Sequence record: MN871446.1
DNA: 64,000 nucleotides
Direction: 5' to 3' (one strand)
DNA from: Klebsiella phage KpLz-2_45
Position numbers and translations under genes: made by a program
Part shown: in pieces, positions 17,185-28,100 of the stretch
Layout of the letters: each line of letters begins with the position of its first letter
How positions within the stretch are numbered: position 1 is the stretch's first letter
The notes under the pieces: generated by a model
The model's input: the letters and a program-made list of their open reading frames with translations, nothing else
Told to the model about the DNA's origin: nothing
The model's database searches: none

Positions 17185-18717
17185 TTAAGCTACCGTAACA
17201 TCATCCGCTTCGATGATACCGATCTTTTCCGCTGCACTGAAACTCAGGACGTCAAAGTTGGCCACTAACCATTTCGCCAGGTAACGTACCGCGGCGGTAT
17301 AGGCTGCGGTAGTCCCGTCTTCCTGATTCTCTTGCATCTCCGTTTCCACGATGTCGATAATGTCCTCGGCATCGATAAAGGTGAAGATGTGCTGGCAGAC
17401 TTTCTGTTTGACTAACTCGAACAGGTTCGGGTCGTTGTCAATGTTCCAGTTAACGTAAAACTTACCGGACTTGAGATCTTCAATCACCCGTGCCATCGCT
17501 TCTTCTTTACTGAAGCCACCCGGGAGTTGGTCATCGTTCAGTTCACCCAGCGCTGCTGAAAGTTCCGGTACGAAACAGTTAGATAGGCGTTTAAGGAACG
17601 TGTCGCGCGAATAACGTTGACGTTGCACTTCGAGTGCCTGCCAGCGTTTAAGGTTCAGTTCATTATTGGACAGGAACTGGGTCAGTAAACGCTGACCGCC
17701 TTTCGGGTCTAGAACGCCGCCAATCACGCTCTCCGGGGTTAAACCCTGGCTGAGCCCCTGACGGTAGACCGGGCCGAATACAACGATCTCTGCGTCTTCT
17801 GAGGTCGTTGCAATCTGACTTTTACCGGTGAAGCGAATCACCAGCTGTCCACGACGACTGCAACCGCTGAGCCAACCCAGGCCGTTCTGAATCAGGTAGC
17901 CGTACTGGAGTTTCATCGCGTTGATCGTCGCGTTGAATTCCGGTAAGGTTAACCCGGTACCCGGCAGCGGGTCTTGACTAAAGCTGTCAATCAGGAAATA
18001 GGTAATAATACCCAGATCAGTCATTGACGCATCGGTAAAGGTACCAACACAACGCTGGCCTTCTTTCTGCTGCACTAAACCAGCAATGAACCGGGTCACC
18101 GGACAAACCGGTACAACCGTCTCGTTACGGAAGAGGACGTTGTAGATTGCAACAACGGTATCGGCGCCGTATTTCGCAATAGCATCCGCTAACCCGTCGT
18201 CCAGTTCGCTCACACCGGTCTTCATTCCGTCAATCAGATCGACGTCAGTTTTTTCCGGGGCATTTTTGATTCGGGTAAACAGCGGCGCATTCGGTTTGTA
18301 CTGACCGAACGTATCGATGACGTACGGGTTGTAGATGATCGGCGACGGGTCGTATTGAGTGATGGTGAACTCTTTCGGTTCCACACCCTTCATGCGATCG
18401 AGGATCTTCCCGGTAACGTCGCTGATCAACGGAACAACGGTGTTACGGACATACCCGATCTGACGCAGTAACGCTCCGCCGACTACCTCTGCTGCACCGG
18501 CCACCGCTCCTTCGTGCGGTTCCGCCATCCCAATGGTACGCTGGGCGTTGTTGAACAACACCGCGTCGTAGTTCTCCATGGACGGTTTATGGCTCTGGAA
18601 GAGCGGTAAAGATTCGGCCACCGGACTAAACATCACGCTACCGGTGCGCGGGAAAAGAAACAGTCCTTCATTACTGACGACCGTTTTCGCCAAGGCGATA
18701 GATTTTTTATTTAACAT
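17185..18717 (-). CDS. Hypothetical protein (510 aa) downstream of the RNAP genes
   Basis: ORF only. Checked for beta' C-terminal motifs and found none. Confidence 0.5.
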   Translation of the reverse strand: MLNKKSIALAKTVVSNEGLFLFPRTGSVMFSPVAESLPLFQSHKPSMENYDAVLFNNAQRTIGMAEPHEGAVAGAAEVVGGALLRQIGYVRNTVVPLISDVTGKILDRMKGVEPKEFTITQYDPSPIIYNPYVIDTFGQYKPNAPLFTRIKNAPEKTDVDLIDGMKTGVSELDDGLADAIAKYGADTVVAIYNVLFRNETVVPVCPVTRFIAGLVQQKEGQRCVGTFTDASMTDLGIITYFLIDSFSQDPLPGTGLTLPEFNATINAMKLQYGYLIQNGLGWLSGCSRRGQLVIRFTGKSQIATTSEDAEIVVFGPVYRQGLSQGLTPESVIGGVLDPKGGQRLLTQFLSNNELNLKRWQALEVQRQRYSRDTFLKRLSNCFVPELSAALGELNDDQLPGGFSKEEAMARVIEDLKSGKFYVNWNIDNDPNLFELVKQKVCQHIFTFIDAEDIIDIVETEMQENQEDGTTAAYTAAVRYLAKWLVANFDVLSFSAAEKIGIIEADDVTVA

Positions 18718-18908
18718 TACACGATCCCCTCTTGAACACGACGCGCGGCGATGGCAGCACCAATGGCGGCGGCCAGGTCTTCTTCGATGTTAGCGCCATC
18801 GGGGATTCTGAGGTCTTCGCTACGGGCATCAAGCATAATGCGACGCCCTACTTCGAGAATATTGGCGACGCTAGTCTGCGCAATTTCCTGTAAACCTTCG
18901 TTATTCAT
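18717..18908 (-). CDS. Small 63-aa protein translationally coupled to the 510-aa gene
   Basis: Its stop overlaps the downstream start; alanine-rich C-terminus. Confidence 0.35.
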   Translation of the reverse strand: MNNEGLQEIAQTSVANILEVGRRIMLDARSEDLRIPDGANIEEDLAAAIGAAIAARRVQEGIV

Positions 18909-18951
18909 CTTCTTAACCTTATTTTACAAAGCGCTTTGAAAAGTAGGGAAT

Positions 18952-18976
18952 CAGGGCGAGTACGTTTCTCGCCCTG
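18952..18976 (-). terminator. Hairpin cagggcgag-tacgttt-ctcgccctg after the RNAP beta-like gene
   Basis: 9-bp GC-rich stem. The nearby palindrome caaagcgctttg (18929..18940) may add to it. Confidence 0.5.
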
Positions 18977-18983
18977 TGGTCAG

Positions 18984-21900
18984 TTACTGTTCATTATCGT
19001 AGGCTTTCAGCATCTCCTGCTGAATGTTTTCAATAAGAACGTTACCCATCCCAAGGAGTAATGCGGAGTTTACGATACGTGCGTTGATCGCGCGATACGA
19101 GAACTGAAGGTCGATGTCCCACGGTTCTCCGCCAGGCAGTACAGGGTTACGTGTACGGCAAATACCGTTATACACACCACTTACCACCGACTTCTTCTGG
19201 TTACCCACCACCAGTTTATCGCCGTCCCCCATACCACGCTGATGCGTGATATAAATACGAATCGCCATCATATCAATCTCTAACGGCAAACCGTCGATCC
19301 GGCTCGGCGTGAAGACCTGTCCGGTCGGACTCGTTTCTTGCTTGAGTACCTTGACGTTTTTCGCACGAATCGCGTCGTATTTATCCGCCACCTTACGAAC
19401 CGAATCCGACATGTCCTCTTTCTCACCGAAATAGAACACCTCAATCTTCTCAACCGTTCCTACGTGTTTTGCACGAGGGGCTGGGTTACCGAGTCGCGCT
19501 AAGGTTTCCATAGAACTGGCATCAAAGTAATCAAAGTTCGCTGAGATTTCGTCTTCGATAAACGCGAGGGTGTCGTCGATGTCAACGTGTTGTCCTTCGC
19601 TCACCAAATTACGGATTGCCTGATTAAAGTTCACCATCAGGACACGGGTATGCGTCACCAACGTCGCCATCTTCTTAGAGAGCCGTTCTGAAATCAGACT
19701 GGCGTCTTCGAAGGTGTTGTTGTTTTCCATCAACGCGATGTTTGTGGTGATCCCGTTCTTGAACGCGACCTGACCTGGCTCACGCCAGTCTTTCGCAAAG
19801 AACCCCGGATGGTAAGCGATAATGGTATCCTTCTTCACGCTCGCACCGACTTCCAGATCACAACGCATCTCATGCGGGACGGTATGACCTGTCACGATAC
19901 CGAACTTACGTCCAATCTCGATACGGTCTTCACCGAGCGCGGGATCATCGTATTTCACGACAACGTAATTCTTTCCTTTCTCTGTTACCACGCCCTGACC
20001 TTTTGCGCTGGCAGCGAAAAGATCATCATTACGGTGGGCCATCATTAACTCGTAACCCGTGCGGATATAACCGAGGTCATCTCCTACACTGCTTATTTTG
20101 TGGCTACTCTGAATACCGATAAAGTTAACGCGCTTCGGGTCGTCATAAGTCGCAAAGGGTGATACCAATGCGCTAGTAGAAAGGATATTACTAAACCCTT
20201 TCTCTTTACTCAGGTCTTTCTCAGTCCGTGCTGTACCACGTAAACTGGTGAGGTTAGGGTTCGCTGACAGGAAGCAGTTAATCCCAACGTCGCCGTTATC
20301 CACCGAGGATTCAGAACGAATACCAATATCACTCGGATGGAACGCACGGGTACGTCTCGTCATGGAACGCTTACCGCGGCCGCCAGTACCGGAATAAGTC
20401 AGGTTCTCTTTCTCTTTCAGGTTTTGGATAGGGTTAGAATCTTCTACCAGAGAAACAGAGGGATCTTTCTGTATCGCGGACAATACCTCGAACGGTGGGA
20501 AATCCAAAGACGCCCTTGAACTGAGGTTACTGGAAGATTGTCTCCGGACGGCTTCTGAGAAGGTACGGTAGACCGCTCCTGCCATACGCTCGTAACCTTT
20601 GAATAACGAGCCCTCTGAACTCAGGTCACTCGGGTATTCATCGGTCGCCAAGTAAAAGGCGGCTTTCTTCAACAGCGGGATGAACGTGGTGGGTTCGTTC
20701 ATCATCTCCAGGTTCTCTTCTGCGATCGGGTCGATAAAGATTGCATTAAGGTTAGTGAACTCGTAGAGATAGCGTCCTGATAACTGCATGTCAGAAAGCA
20801 GTGCGTTGTAGTTGTCCCGATTGTCCAGTTCTGCAACAGAATAGTTTTTCAGGGCAGCCTTCCACAGAAGCAACGAAGCGTAGATCAAGACATCAGGGTG
20901 TGTCTTTCTTGGGATACGCCAGATCTCATCGGCAAAGACGATCTCGAAGGTATTCGGGTCGGGTTGTACACGCGCCCCTTTCGTTCTCCGTTCCGGCTGA
21001 ATCTCTAACCCTTCTACCATCTGACTGAATCCTTCCAGATAAGCCAATACAATGGCTAACGGGAACTCTTGTCCTAAGATAGAGATTGTCACCAATTCAT
21101 TCGGACGGTCATCTGGGTTAGCTCCAAGGAGTTTTGCGATATGCCCGAGGTTGTCAGCACCGGCGCGCAGGTAACCCTCTTTATCCATCGTGACCGTAGT
21201 TTTCCCGCGTTTTCCTACTGGGATATCCGTTGTTCCATTCCAATCCGGGAAATTTTTCTTGATGTTCTCGTAGTCGAAAATAAACTGTATGCCCACTGCC
21301 TCAAACGAGATGACCTCTTTGGCGATAGCCGAATAGGTTCTGGGCACCGGTTGGGAATCTTTGAACGAGTTACCGTAAACAATTTCCGTCATGATCGGCG
21401 GGTTAGTTAACGCCGCGCGGTTCATGGCATCTTTAAGCCACTCTCCGTAATCGTAACGACGTTTATCGCTGCGGTCGACAAACAGCTTGCCGTAATACGT
21501 GGACAGCGCTACGGTCGATGGAGAGATCTTACGGATGGGTTTATCAAAACGCAATTTGCGCATGAAGTATTTAATCCCACCGATTTTATATTTCCCATTT
21601 TTATCGATGACCGGTAACTGGAAACGAACCGTAGAAGGCGCGCCTTTAACCGGCGAGATTTTCACCGTGTAATCGTAAAGGTCATTTAACGCATCGACTT
21701 GGCGTTCCACTTTAAAGTCGGTAATGGCAAACCCGGCTTTCTGGAAATTAAGGATTAAATTGATCACGTCCTTTTGCATGACTTCTTTAACGTACTTTTG
21801 ATCGAAGTCGATCAAGGTACTTTTTAACATGCTTTTATCTTTGACGTGGGTAATATCCTCGATGACCTTCGGTTCAAAATTCCAGACGACTTCTTTCGGG

Positions 21901-23471
21901 ATCTGTCGGTAGTCTTCCAGCGAAACGCTTTCGTTGAACGGGGAAGGAATAACCTTGTAACTTTCGGCCAAACGAAGATGACGCTTGTACTCGGCATTGC
22001 TAATCAGCCCTTTACTCAGGAGCGATTCTGCTTGGGTTCGAATCCCTGAAACCAAAGGCGATTCCTGAACCGCTTCTTGCGGTGGGTCGATAATGACCTC
22101 TGCGTCAATGTCAGGGGCAGCAACCAGACGAACAGCGCGAGGCGGTTCAGTGGTCTCAATCTCCTCAGTGACGCTCTTAAAGGCATCAACTAACTGCGTA
22201 CGAAGACCGGGTTTCCCTTGGTTAATCTTTTCCCTGAGCGCTTTGACTGTGGTGGTTTTAACGACAGGTTCTTCTGGGTTGTTTTCTTGGGTTTCTGTTT
22301 CCGTTGTTTCCACCACAACCGTTTCTTCCGCGTCACCGGTGATCTCGAGGATTTCACTTTCCCCGGTATTCTCATCCGGGATAGTTTCTTCGATGGTGAC
22401 CTGTTCCTGCACACCGGTCAGCAATTTCAGCGCAGTGATGTGTTGTAGCATCAATCGGGAGATCTGTGCGTAAGCATCGCCTTTCGGGTTAGTTTCTGAT
22501 TTGGTCCATTGGTGAAGCAGGCCCAGATTCAGAACCGTGAATTTCCCCATTCGCATAAAGACGAAATTAATCTTGCTGTAATGTTCGACCGGGATCATGT
22601 TCAACAGCGAGTTTTCCCGTTTCTCAGCAAGCCACTGCCAGAGGTCTTGAATAAAGAGCGCATCGTCATTCTGGAAATACCCGAGACGAATACGATTCAT
22701 CTCTTCCAGTGAAACACCGGACGCCGCAATGAAACTGTCGTCGCTTTCAAAGCCCAGCGCTGACTCATCAAATGCCTCTCGCGCCACGTCAGCCGGTAAC
22801 TCACTCGATAACCCTGGCATATGGAGATCGAAGACATCTGCGTACGAGAGGGCAACGGGACGTGCTCGGAGCTGATTCTGATACGCATTGAGGATAGGGA
22901 TACCCGCATCCTCAACTGAAATGTTTAACTGCATCTTCGTTGGGAGTTCATCCGGGACATTGACCAGAATAAACTGATGGCGGTCAGAATGTTCAGCGTA
23001 GAACTTAGCCTGTCCGTATAACGTAGCGAGCAGGTTTTGGAAACGCCAGAATCGGGCCATCGGTAACGGCAGGTAACGCCACTGCATGGGGATGAGCGAG
23101 TAGTTGGCGACAATCGCAGCGTTACGGTCGTCTAATGCTCTGGCGATATCGGTAACCCGACGGAAACCACGGCGCTTTTGCAACCACGTCCGTTTTAGGT
23201 TAGCAACATTGAACGCTCCTTTCCGACGAGGACTGCCGTTAAAGAGTGTCATTTCCGTAATGTTATCGGCGTAGGGACGTAGTCTTTCTTTTTGGATTGC
23301 GAAGAACGTCTCGTCAGGACCTAAGTCAGTGGCATTACTGGGAAGATAATGGACGATGCTATTCTTAGGGAGAATAAAGTTCTCGACATTGAACGCTCTT
23401 GGGTTAGCCAGTCGCGTTTTATTACGTGTCCCGTAGGACATGTAAAATTGCTGGTATTGAATATTACTCAT
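18984..23471 (-). CDS. Multisubunit RNA polymerase beta-subunit homologue (1495 aa, apparently unsplit)
   Basis: C-terminal [21 protein letters not shown] resembles beta [42 protein letters not shown] resembles [37 protein letters not shown] resembles EGPNIGLINSL. No search was run. Confidence 0.6.
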   Translation of the reverse strand: [1495 protein letters not shown]

Positions 23472-23486
23472 TGCAGAGAAACTCCT

Positions 23487-25118
23487 TTAAGCTTCACCAG
23501 TAATGTTACGTAAGACTAATTGTACGTTATCAACATCCGCGCTCTTAGAGAGAGTACCGCGGGAAGAGAGGAACCATTCTTTACGACCTTTTAGCATTTC
23601 GTATTCAGCAATAGAATCCGAGGCATAGATCGCTGTAAAGGTACAACGGTCGCCATCGAAGTCGGCACCCAATGGAGAGAGATAGCTGACGCCTATCCCC
23701 ATAGAGTTAACGTACTCTACCGATTTGCTTTGATCAGGGAATTCGAAACAAATGAAATCGTCACCCAGTCTCCGCCAGTCGTGGCCGAGTTCAGCTTTTA
23801 CGCTAGAAACAATAGTCGGTTTGCAGTAAATGTTTGCTATGAAAGTCGACCCTTGTCCTGTAACAGGGTAACGAGTCACTACGCCTGCTAACTTACCCCA
23901 TTCACGATACCCGGACAGGTAATAAAGCGAGGTCATGTTAATCGGGCTAACAAACCGCTTATCAAAACCCGCTGGGAGTTCGTTGATATCAGCGAAGAAC
24001 CGGAACCCTTCTTCACCCCAATAGAGCAGTCCTAAGTAATAACCGTCTATTAAAATTGGTTTATTTCTGAAAGCCGGGGTTTTATAGCGGGTGATCTGGG
24101 CATCTAAACCGTCACGGGTTGTCCAACGTTCAACGGCCTCCGGGGAGGGCTGTACGTATTCAGCACGGAGAGTTTTGGGGTTCGTCAAACGGATTTCATC
24201 TTCGCTGTTACCCGAGAAAACTTCACCTAGCCAACCTGAGCGTAAGAAATAGCGTGTCTTAGGCAGGACCGCTTTGATGGTCTGGTAGAGCCCTAACTGA
24301 ACGTGGTTGATCCCTGGCGTATTCGTTTCACCGATCCGAGTCCCTGTGATCTTCATTGGCGAAATAACGTTTGCTGTACCGTTAATGATTTTACGTGACG
24401 CCCATTTCGCAGCCGCAAAACCTTTCTTTCCTTTAATCATGTTAAAGATACTTTCGAATATCTCGTTGAACTGTCGTTGTAATTGTAAACGACTGTTATT
24501 GATTAAAGGGTCTTCAGAAGGCTCACGACCCATCTCCAGACTGTTGGAGATTGAGATGATAGAACGATAGAATTTGTTGATTTCGTCTTCACTCGTACGC
24601 CCTGAGGTTTCTACCATCAGATCACGCAGACCTGCCGGCATGACCAGGACTTTATCAGTCAGCGCTTTGTCTTTATTTTTGTTGATGAGCTTCACGCGGA
24701 GATTACGGAGTTCGGAATCGCCTTCTTCTAATTTCAAATCGGGGAAATGACGTACAAAAAAGGAGAAGCCGGTTTCGCCCTCCATTTCGTTGCTGGGTTC
24801 GAAATCGAAGGTTTCTGTGTTAAAGACGGCATAACGTCGCCCTTCCAGAATATCCAAATAAAGACGTTTTAATGAACCGAGTCGTTTATAAACGAGCGGG
24901 TGAAAAACACGGGTATGGAGTTCGATATAACTGAAACGCCCATCGCGTTCAGGTGAACCTAAGGGACCGAATGTTTCTACTGAGAATAAACCGTCCTTAT
25001 GGAAATTACGGGTACCGGTTTCAAAGATCTCGGTCGTACTGGTCGGTCGCATACTCCGTATCAGTTGAGGGGTTAAATCCATGAGGAAGATATTGAATGG
25101 GATATCGTTAGTACGCAT
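23487..25118 (-). CDS. RNA polymerase beta' N-terminal fragment homologue (543 aa)
   Basis: ...SPLGADFDGDRCTF... about 70 aa from the C-terminus matches the universal beta' catalytic NADFDGD motif. The size and motif position fit a phiKZ-type split beta' N-terminal piece. Confidence 0.65.
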   Translation of the reverse strand: MRTNDIPFNIFLMDLTPQLIRSMRPTSTTEIFETGTRNFHKDGLFSVETFGPLGSPERDGRFSYIELHTRVFHPLVYKRLGSLKRLYLDILEGRRYAVFNTETFDFEPSNEMEGETGFSFFVRHFPDLKLEEGDSELRNLRVKLINKNKDKALTDKVLVMPAGLRDLMVETSGRTSEDEINKFYRSIISISNSLEMGREPSEDPLINNSRLQLQRQFNEIFESIFNMIKGKKGFAAAKWASRKIINGTANVISPMKITGTRIGETNTPGINHVQLGLYQTIKAVLPKTRYFLRSGWLGEVFSGNSEDEIRLTNPKTLRAEYVQPSPEAVERWTTRDGLDAQITRYKTPAFRNKPILIDGYYLGLLYWGEEGFRFFADINELPAGFDKRFVSPINMTSLYYLSGYREWGKLAGVVTRYPVTGQGSTFIANIYCKPTIVSSVKAELGHDWRRLGDDFICFEFPDQSKSVEYVNSMGIGVSYLSPLGADFDGDRCTFTAIYASDSIAEYEMLKGRKEWFLSSRGTLSKSADVDNVQLVLRNITGEA

Positions 25119-25162
25119 TGTCTAATCCTGTTAACAGACGATTAACCTTTTAAGGGAACAAA

Positions 25163-28100
25163 ATGGCCAAAAGAGAAAAAATAGATCTGGATCGTTTTGA
25201 CGATTTTGATCTCGAAGATAATTGGGGCATGGACAAAGAACCTCAAAGTGCGAAAGACGGAAGCGGTAAACGCGAGGCTGTAAAAAAGGCAGGAAAGACC
25301 GTTCTCCGTGAGATGGGGAAAACGACCTTTACCAGTCAGATGGCGAAAACCATCCTGAAAGAGGCCATGCCGCGTTCTTTCACTACAACCTTAGATAACG
25401 TTGATAAAGGTTTAATCGACGTTCGATCGCTTTACGCTGACGTCCGTAAAGATGCCGCCCCGATGCTGCGAGAAATGAAAGCGTTGGGTCGTACCGTCAA
25501 CCGTCTTGTTCCTACACCGTATCAGAAAAAGATCGATGCGTTTCTGACGAGAAACAACGGGACAGATAAATCAGGTTCTCAACTGGCAGCGCTCAATATT
25601 GAAGACGCAGCGGTACTCCAGTCGTTAGCTCAAGTCTTCAATCAAGACGATGACAAACCGAAGCAGATGAGCCCTGAGGAACTGACTGAGAAACTGACCG
25701 ATCAGCAGTATAAAATAAAACTGGGTACGGCCATTGCGAGTATCCAGAATCTCCTGGCGAAGCAGACCGCTTATCAGTTTGGTGCACAGCGTGCATTTCA
25801 AAAGAAAAGTATGGAGCTTCAAATTCGACAGCTGATGGTTTCGCGTGCCCATTTAGACGTGGCACAGAAGTCTGCGGTTGAAACCTCCAACCTGCTCAGA
25901 AGCGTTGTCGAAAACACCGCGTTACCTGACGTAGTAAAACAGCACCGTTCGGAAGAATTCCTTCGGATGGGCCGTGAGAAAATCTTTGGTCGCATCCAAC
26001 AGTCAATGTACGACTGGACGAGTAATTATCGTAACCAGTTCAAAGACCGTGCGAAACAAGCCATTAACGACAGAATGCAAAAACTCACTATGGGTTTTTC
26101 AATGGCCAACGATTCTCTCGAACAGCTCGAGGCGCAACGGGAATTACTGGCGTCAATGGGTGTCACCCCGGAGGAGTTTTTAGCAGGGGCAGCAGGGAAC
26201 TGGGGTGCGTTACAAATCGGTAAACGTATCGGAAAACGCATTAATAAAAGTGCGCCTTCGCTACGTCGATTGGACGGTACATTCCAGGGCGTCAACTACC
26301 TCTTTAACAACAAAGAACGTTTAGCGTCAGATTGGGGAAATTCCGGTTACCGTTACGGGAAATGGTATAATCCCATCGAGAACTTTGTTAAAGACACCTT
26401 ACGTGGCGGTTACCGTGACGAAGGCGTAGTTCGCGCCGGAGGATTGGGGAACGGAGAAAAAATCTCGACTGTAGACGAGCGTAAACTCAGCTATATGGAA
26501 GAGATGTCCGGGTACCTGTCCCGAATCTTACATAGTATCGACGTCCTCAGGACGGGCGATAATAACACGCAGCGCACGGTTTTCAACCGTCAGAAGGGCA
26601 TTTTTACCTCCTTTAATGAATCGGTGGCGTCGACGCGTCAGGCGTTGATTAAAGACACCGATATCAATTCACAGCGTGAGAATATTAATCGTCTTATCGA
26701 GAACATCGATAACAACAACCGGTTATCTCCCGACGCTAAAGGTAAAATTTCTGATCACCTGATGACAAGGGCAAGAACCTCGAAAGCCTTTAACCCGGCA
26801 GCCCTAGCTAATGAGAAAATCTCAGGGTTATCCCGTGACGACCAACGCCTTTGGCAAGGACTGATGGCGAAACGTTATGGACTGAAACTGAACGAGAAAA
26901 GTGAATGGTCGCTTAACCCGTTCTCTTCTTCAAACGTTAACCTTAATATCGATGCCGGTCAGTATAACTACGCCTCTAACCAAACGCAGGGTATCTTTAA
27001 TCGTGCCCATGCGTTAGCGCAAACCGGTAACCTTGAAGAACTGATCTCAGAAGGCGCAGTGGTCTTTAAGAACGGTAATTGGGAAGTTAACCCAGACTAT
27101 TACGGTTCACGCGTATCTGGTAAACCTTCACCGGGTAACAACGACTCGACTAACCCTAACGACATGGGTCCACATCGTCCTCGTAACCCACCGCCGGGTA
27201 CCCCGCCTATCACTGAACTCCGTCGCTTCGGACAAGATTGGACCAACCCGAATTCGGTTAACTTTAATCTTAACGGGAACCAACAAAATTCTTTCGGGAC
27301 GGCGTTAGCGGAACAAACCGATAGAATCCTTGAGTCCATGAAACACTCTCAGTTGTTCTGGGATGAGCAAATGGCCAGAATAGAGGCACAGCTTACCGCG
27401 CTGGAAGGGTGCTGTCTCAACGGAGGAGGTGGCGGTGGTCAAGGTGGCCAAGGCGGTGATACTGGCGATCAAGGCGGGCGTCGTCGTTTCTCACGGAACT
27501 GGGCTAAACGCGGGCTCCGTGCGGGTATCGGCGGTATTCGTCGTGGTGTGAAAGGGATGTGGGATCTTGGCGGTTTACCGCTTAAAGCAGCAGGAGAGAT
27601 CTTTAAGCGAGTACGTCGCCCGGCTTTCAATGCAGCGATGACGATCGGTACCTTTGGCCTGAATAAAGTCTTAGGTTTCGGGATGCAGGCGTTTGAGAAA
27701 GTTCAAGACGGCTATATCGCGACGGCACAGGGTTTAAAGAAAGTCATTGAAAAAGAAGGACTGGCAGCGGGTCGTTACGTTGACCAAGCCACCGGGAAGG
27801 TTATCAAGAAACTTTCTGACGTACGGGGCGCAGTCTGGGACGTGGTAAATAACACTCAGGTCCTGACCGACGACGAAGCGAGACGGGGTTTGTTTAACGC
27901 CGCAGGAAACCGCATTAAGACATCCTTTAACAAAGTACTCGGTGCGGTGGGGAGTCTATTAAACGGAAGGTTTACCCCTTATCATTTACTCAAAGGTGCT
28001 GCAGGCGGATTAGGGAAAGGTCTCTTTTCCTTATTCGGTCGCTTACCAGATATTTACGTGCTCGGAGAAATGAAACCGCGTCTCTACGCCAGTAAGTTGG

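Noticed and set aside
17185-18717. 510-aa ORF as the missing RNAP beta' C-terminal half.
   Set aside because: No bridge-helix or trigger-loop-like motifs were recognisable, so it is left as hypothetical.
18929-18940. Palindrome CAAAGCGCTTTG as an operator.
   Set aside because: A single short palindrome next to a terminator with no second copy; recorded only in a feature note.
27415-27480. Gly/Gln-rich tract GGGGGQGGQGGDTGDQGG as a separate low-complexity gene or repeat element.
   Set aside because: It is in frame within the 2197-aa ORF with no stop, so it is treated as a flexible linker of that protein.
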